From the NCBI GenBank assembly GCA_039804105.1, contig JBDRZU010000001.1:384001-448000 (forward strand): a stretch of DNA of 64,000 bases. The letters are read 5' to 3'. The translations under genes and the position numbers were made by a program. Shown here piece after piece: positions 60,772 through 64,000 of the stretch (its first letter is position 1; the number at the start of each line of letters is the position of its first letter). The notes beneath the pieces were generated by a model. It was not told the origin of the DNA. It made no database searches and was given only the letters and a program-made list of their open reading frames with translations. Origin of the DNA: a candidate division WOR-3 bacterium. Its GTDB lineage: Bacteria; Hydrothermota; 32-111.

Positions 60772-61662
60772 CTATAAGTTTTTATGTTCGACATTGTTTT
60801 TCCCTTCCCGCTTGATTTTATACATTAAATCATCTGCCTGTTTGATCATATCGTTTATTTCATAATCAAACTTGTTAAAAGTTATAGCACCAATACTCAA
60901 TGTAACAGGATAATCGTTCTTTTTTACTTCTATAAGGACAACATCTTTTAACCTTTTTAAAATATTGTCAGAAAGTTTATAATCAGTTTCTGGTAATAGT
61001 AAGATAAATTCATCTCCACCAATTCTTGCAAGTATATCTGTCTCCCTGATATTTTTCTTTATTGTTTGTGCAATTTTTATAAGAAGCGAATCACCTTCAA
61101 GATGCCCATAAGTATCGTTTACAGATTTAAAATTATCAAGATCAATATAAGCAAGTGTAAAAGGTTTTTTACTCCTTTTTGCTTTCATAAGTTCCTGTTC
61201 AAACAGAATATAAAAAAACCTGCTGTTTGTAACAGCAGTCAAAGAATCAGTCAATGATTCTTTTTTTACTTTTTTATACATTTCAAGAAAACGGGACATA
61301 AAAAATGAATGCAAAGAAAAATATCCCAATCGCATTATCGCATTCCATAAGGGAATTAGAAAGTTTTCATATTGGTGTCCACTGTAAATATCAGCCAAAG
61401 CCCATATTACAGCAGAAAAGAGTGAAATAATGATTCCACTATAAAAACCACCAAAAAGAACTGAAATCGATATCGGGATCAAATAGAAAATTGAGAAAGA
61501 TACTTCAAATCCAGTTTTGTGATCGATAATCCCAAGTAGAATAACTAACAATAAAGAGAAAAATAAAACCATATATTTTAATTTTTTACTATTTTTATTA
61601 TCTGTAACCATTTCATCAGAAATTTTCCAACCGGTCAAAATATTATTAAAAAAATTTTTCAT
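60772..61662 (-). CDS. Membrane-bound diguanylate cyclase
   Basis: N-terminal TMs, DSLT, DLDNFKSVNDTYGH..GD, RETD (RxxD), ARIGGDEF. Confidence 0.95.
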   Translation of the reverse strand: MKNFFNNILTGWKISDEMVTDNKNSKKLKYMVLFFSLLLVILLGIIDHKTGFEVSFSIFYLIPISISVLFGGFYSGIIISLFSAVIWALADIYSGHQYENFLIPLWNAIMRLGYFSLHSFFMSRFLEMYKKVKKESLTDSLTAVTNSRFFYILFEQELMKAKRSKKPFTLAYIDLDNFKSVNDTYGHLEGDSLLIKIAQTIKKNIRETDILARIGGDEFILLLPETDYKLSDNILKRLKDVVLIEVKKNDYPVTLSIGAITFNKFDYEINDMIKQADDLMYKIKREGKNNVEHKNL

Positions 61663-61726
61663 ATTTAAATGATAATGGAAAATAAGGTAAAATCAAGAAA
61701 GAAGGTTGGGGGAATGAAGATTTTCT

Positions 61727-61798
61727 CTTAGTTACTCGGACTCGAGCCCCAACCTAATGGTTATCAGTCACTCGATCTACTGACTGAGCTACAGAAAG
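61727..61798 (-). pseudogene. Decayed tRNA gene (anticodon loop CTGATAA)
   Basis: Minus strand TAGCTCAGTCAGTAGATCG-AGTGA-CTGATAA-CCATT-AGGTT-GGGGCTCGAGTCC keeps D-arm, anticodon-arm and T-loop order. Stems are mismatched and the acceptor stem and CCA are absent. Confidence 0.65.
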
Positions 61799-61834
61799 TT
61801 TTTTTCAAGAAAATTTATTTTCCCCCAATTTTGT

Positions 61835-62971
61835 TTATTCAATACTTTTCAAATGAATTTTAAAATTTAAAATCATATGAACAATTAAAGGGTATTGAGG
61901 ATTATCAAGTATAACTAAACGCTCACCGGTAGGAGCTTCACATAAAATACAATCCAAAACAATAACTTTATCTTTGTATTTAACTTTTACTTTCTTTTGT
62001 CCTTTTAAGAATAATTCTACTGGTGTTTGGTTTATTTCATCAGTATAGGGATAATATGTTACTTTCTTTTTCTTTTTCAATTCTTTAAACATATTTTGAG
62101 AACAAAAAACACTTGTCCCATCAGTTAAAACTAAAGGATCTGAATTACGTGAGCTATAAATATAATTATATTGATTAAGTGAATTTTTTAAAGCTTCACT
62201 TGAAATAATAATCTCACCACCTTTTTTACCCATTTTATACCACGAATAATGAATTTTATCAGATAATTCTTTTAATTCAAATGACATAGGTTCAAGATAA
62301 TTAATTGTATAATTTAATTTCGTGCCATCTTTTAACCAGTTTTTGTCGTCATTTTTATAAGATTTAAAATCTTCCCAGTATTCATTTCCTTTTGCATCAA
62401 TATATCCCAAATAACCATCAACACCTACCAAAGCCAATCCATTATCAAACATCCATGAACTATCATATTTATATGGTATAATCAAATTTCCCTTTGTATC
62501 AATATATCCCCAGCGATTATTCTTTTTTACAGATGCTAATCCATTTGAAAATGCTTGTGCTTCTTGATATTGAGGTTTGATCAACACATTACCGGTCTTG
62601 TCTTTATAACCATACAAACCATTTTCTTCAAAAACTTCTAACAACACTTCTGGTTGAACTTCCTGTTGTTGTTCTTCTGTTGAAGGAGGTTCAGATTCTT
62701 CTCCTTTTGTGTTTATAAAAAATACTTCATCATTTATGTTTACTATAGCAAAGCCATTATAGAATGGTTCCACAAAATCGTATTTACATTCGATCACTAT
62801 TTTTTTATTCCTATCACAGAATCCCCATTTATCACCTTTTCGATACGGTATGAGTTCAGGTGGTTCTGGAAGATTTTGTGCAAACAAAAAAAGTGCGTTT
62901 GAAAGTAAAAACCAGAAAAATAAAATTTTAGATAAACCTGAAAAAATTGAGGCCTTTTTTAAGTTTTTCAT
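61835..62971 (-). CDS. Exported WG (KWG)-repeat protein (start probably ATG 62971)
   Basis: Signal peptide, KWGFCD, LYGYKD, WGYIDTKG, F.NGLA.V repeats, unique C-terminal domain. Confidence 0.88.
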   Translation of the reverse strand: MKNLKKASIFSGLSKILFFWFLLSNALFLFAQNLPEPPELIPYRKGDKWGFCDRNKKIVIECKYDFVEPFYNGFAIVNINDEVFFINTKGEESEPPSTEEQQQEVQPEVLLEVFEENGLYGYKDKTGNVLIKPQYQEAQAFSNGLASVKKNNRWGYIDTKGNLIIPYKYDSSWMFDNGLALVGVDGYLGYIDAKGNEYWEDFKSYKNDDKNWLKDGTKLNYTINYLEPMSFELKELSDKIHYSWYKMGKKGGEIIISSEALKNSLNQYNYIYSSRNSDPLVLTDGTSVFCSQNMFKELKKKKKVTYYPYTDEINQTPVELFLKGQKKVKVKYKDKVIVLDCILCEAPTGERLVILDNPQYPLIVHMILNFKIHLKSIE

Positions 62972-63162
62972 AAATACCACCATTCTTTTTTTAGGTTTAT
63001 TTAATTTTTGTTCTACAAATATTTTAAAAAAAAATAAATAAAAAATCAACCTGATAAAAACTTTGAAAACAGATATTTGACTATGAAATTAAAATTTTGA
63101 ATGTAATTAGTTTATCTCTTCTTAATTTAAAATTTCTTTATACTTGTAAACGAATATCAATT

Positions 63163-64000
63163 TTAATCTTTATTTTCCTTCTCCATTATCTTTACAAGTT
63201 CTTCTATTCTTTCTAAAGTTTCTACTCCAAAAACTCCATCGTCTGTACTCAAATCAAGAAGTTCATACTTCTTTGATATCTTATTCAACTCTATTTTTAA
63301 TTCATTTACACTATTAAAATTTTCTATATCTAATTTTCTTATTTTCATCAATATATCCAATGCTACATATATTTCAACATCAAATTTTTCATCAGTTTCA
63401 ATAATATATCCAAGAATTTTTAACTTTTCATTTACTAAATTATGTAGATTTAAAATATCTCCTTTTGAATTTATACCAATTATTCCCAGGTTATAAAAAA
63501 AGTCTTTATTTGAATCTATAAAATTATTTATTTCTTCTAATTTAGCTACATTATATAAAGTTATAATATTAAATTTCAATCTAAATTCGCTTACATATTT
63601 TGTATAACTCACTAAAGTAAATAGATTACCATATCTTGAATTTATATCTCCCAAAATGTTACTATCGACTTCTTTTCCTGTTTTATCTATATAGAATTCT
63701 TTCCCATTCAATTTAACACGAGCAATACCATTAGAAAAATTAGAAGCTCTCTCATATTTTACAGGGATAACTTCTTTACCGTTCTTATCTATATAGCCAT
63801 ATTTGTCATACAATTCTCCATTTTTTTGAACAACAGCAAGACCTTCAGAAAAAGACCATGTTCCAACATATTTCATTGGAATTATTATTTTTCCCTTTTT
63901 GTTTATATATCCCCATATGCCGTTCTGTTCAACAGCAGCAAATCCTTCTGAAAAATTTCTTACTAAATCAAACTCCGGTGCTATAACTTCTTTTCCCGTT
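63163..64000 (-). CDS. WG (KWG)-repeat protein, 5' end beyond the window
   Basis: The frame stays open to the window edge (TGKEVIAPEFDLVRNFSEGFAAVEQNGIWGYINKKG...), so the track ATG at 63876 is internal. Confidence 0.88.
   Translation of the reverse strand, partial: TGKEVIAPEFDLVRNFSEGFAAVEQNGIWGYINKKGKIIIPMKYVGTWSFSEGLAVVQKNGELYDKYGYIDKNGKEVIPVKYERASNFSNGIARVKLNGKEFYIDKTGKEVDSNILGDINSRYGNLFTLVSYTKYVSEFRLKFNIITLYNVAKLEEINNFIDSNKDFFYNLGIIGINSKGDILNLHNLVNEKLKILGYIIETDEKFDVEIYVALDILMKIRKLDIENFNSVNELKIELNKISKKYELLDLSTDDGVFGVETLERIEELVKIMEKENKD

Noticed and set aside
1403..63041. Many short ORFs (60-142 aa) in the track lying antisense to or nested in long genes
   Set aside because: They are shadow ORFs of well-supported genes, with no RBS or recognisable motifs.

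Overview
64 kb of a low-GC (roughly 30% by eye), diderm bacterial chromosome read with the standard code, with most genes on the minus strand. LPS-transport genes, two PorV/PorQ-like barrels and several T9SS/FlgD-type C-terminal domains point to an FCB-related lineage such as WOR-3/TA06; this is inference, not a search result. Positions 1-36.7 kb are mostly core genes: gap, rng, a radical SAM fusion, purC, nrdR, rpoN, lptB and lptA/lptC-like genes, queH, dut, pnp, rpsO, ribF, truB and rpmB. Two unexplained blocks sit among them. The first (8.3-16.8 kb) is the best candidate for an undescribed system: seven exported proteins comprising an OB-fold protein lacking a nuclease domain, a PorV-like barrel, a ComEA-HhH/beta-barrel fusion, a second barrel, two Nuc-type PLD paralogs and a 5'-nucleotidase-fold protein missing its metal ligands. 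It looks like a machine for capturing, importing and degrading extracellular DNA. The second (23.6-29.4 kb) is a PatA-like/PimA-PigA-like/deacetylase/UbiA glycolipid cluster. Positions 36.8-64 kb are accessory genes: a repeat-peptide protein behind a sigma54-like promoter, a Nat-type ABC exporter, a pseudopilin pair, a LVIVD-repeat protein, a serpin, an adenylate-forming enzyme, a hydrolase-uvsE-DUF523/1722-Rieske operon, a CPA2 antiporter, a GGDEF protein and WG-repeat proteins. The non-coding DNA shows several probable leaderless transcripts, a probable ATT start codon and a decayed tRNA gene. No rRNA, intact tRNA, CRISPR array, transposase or integrase was seen. All family calls come from motif recognition, not from database searches.
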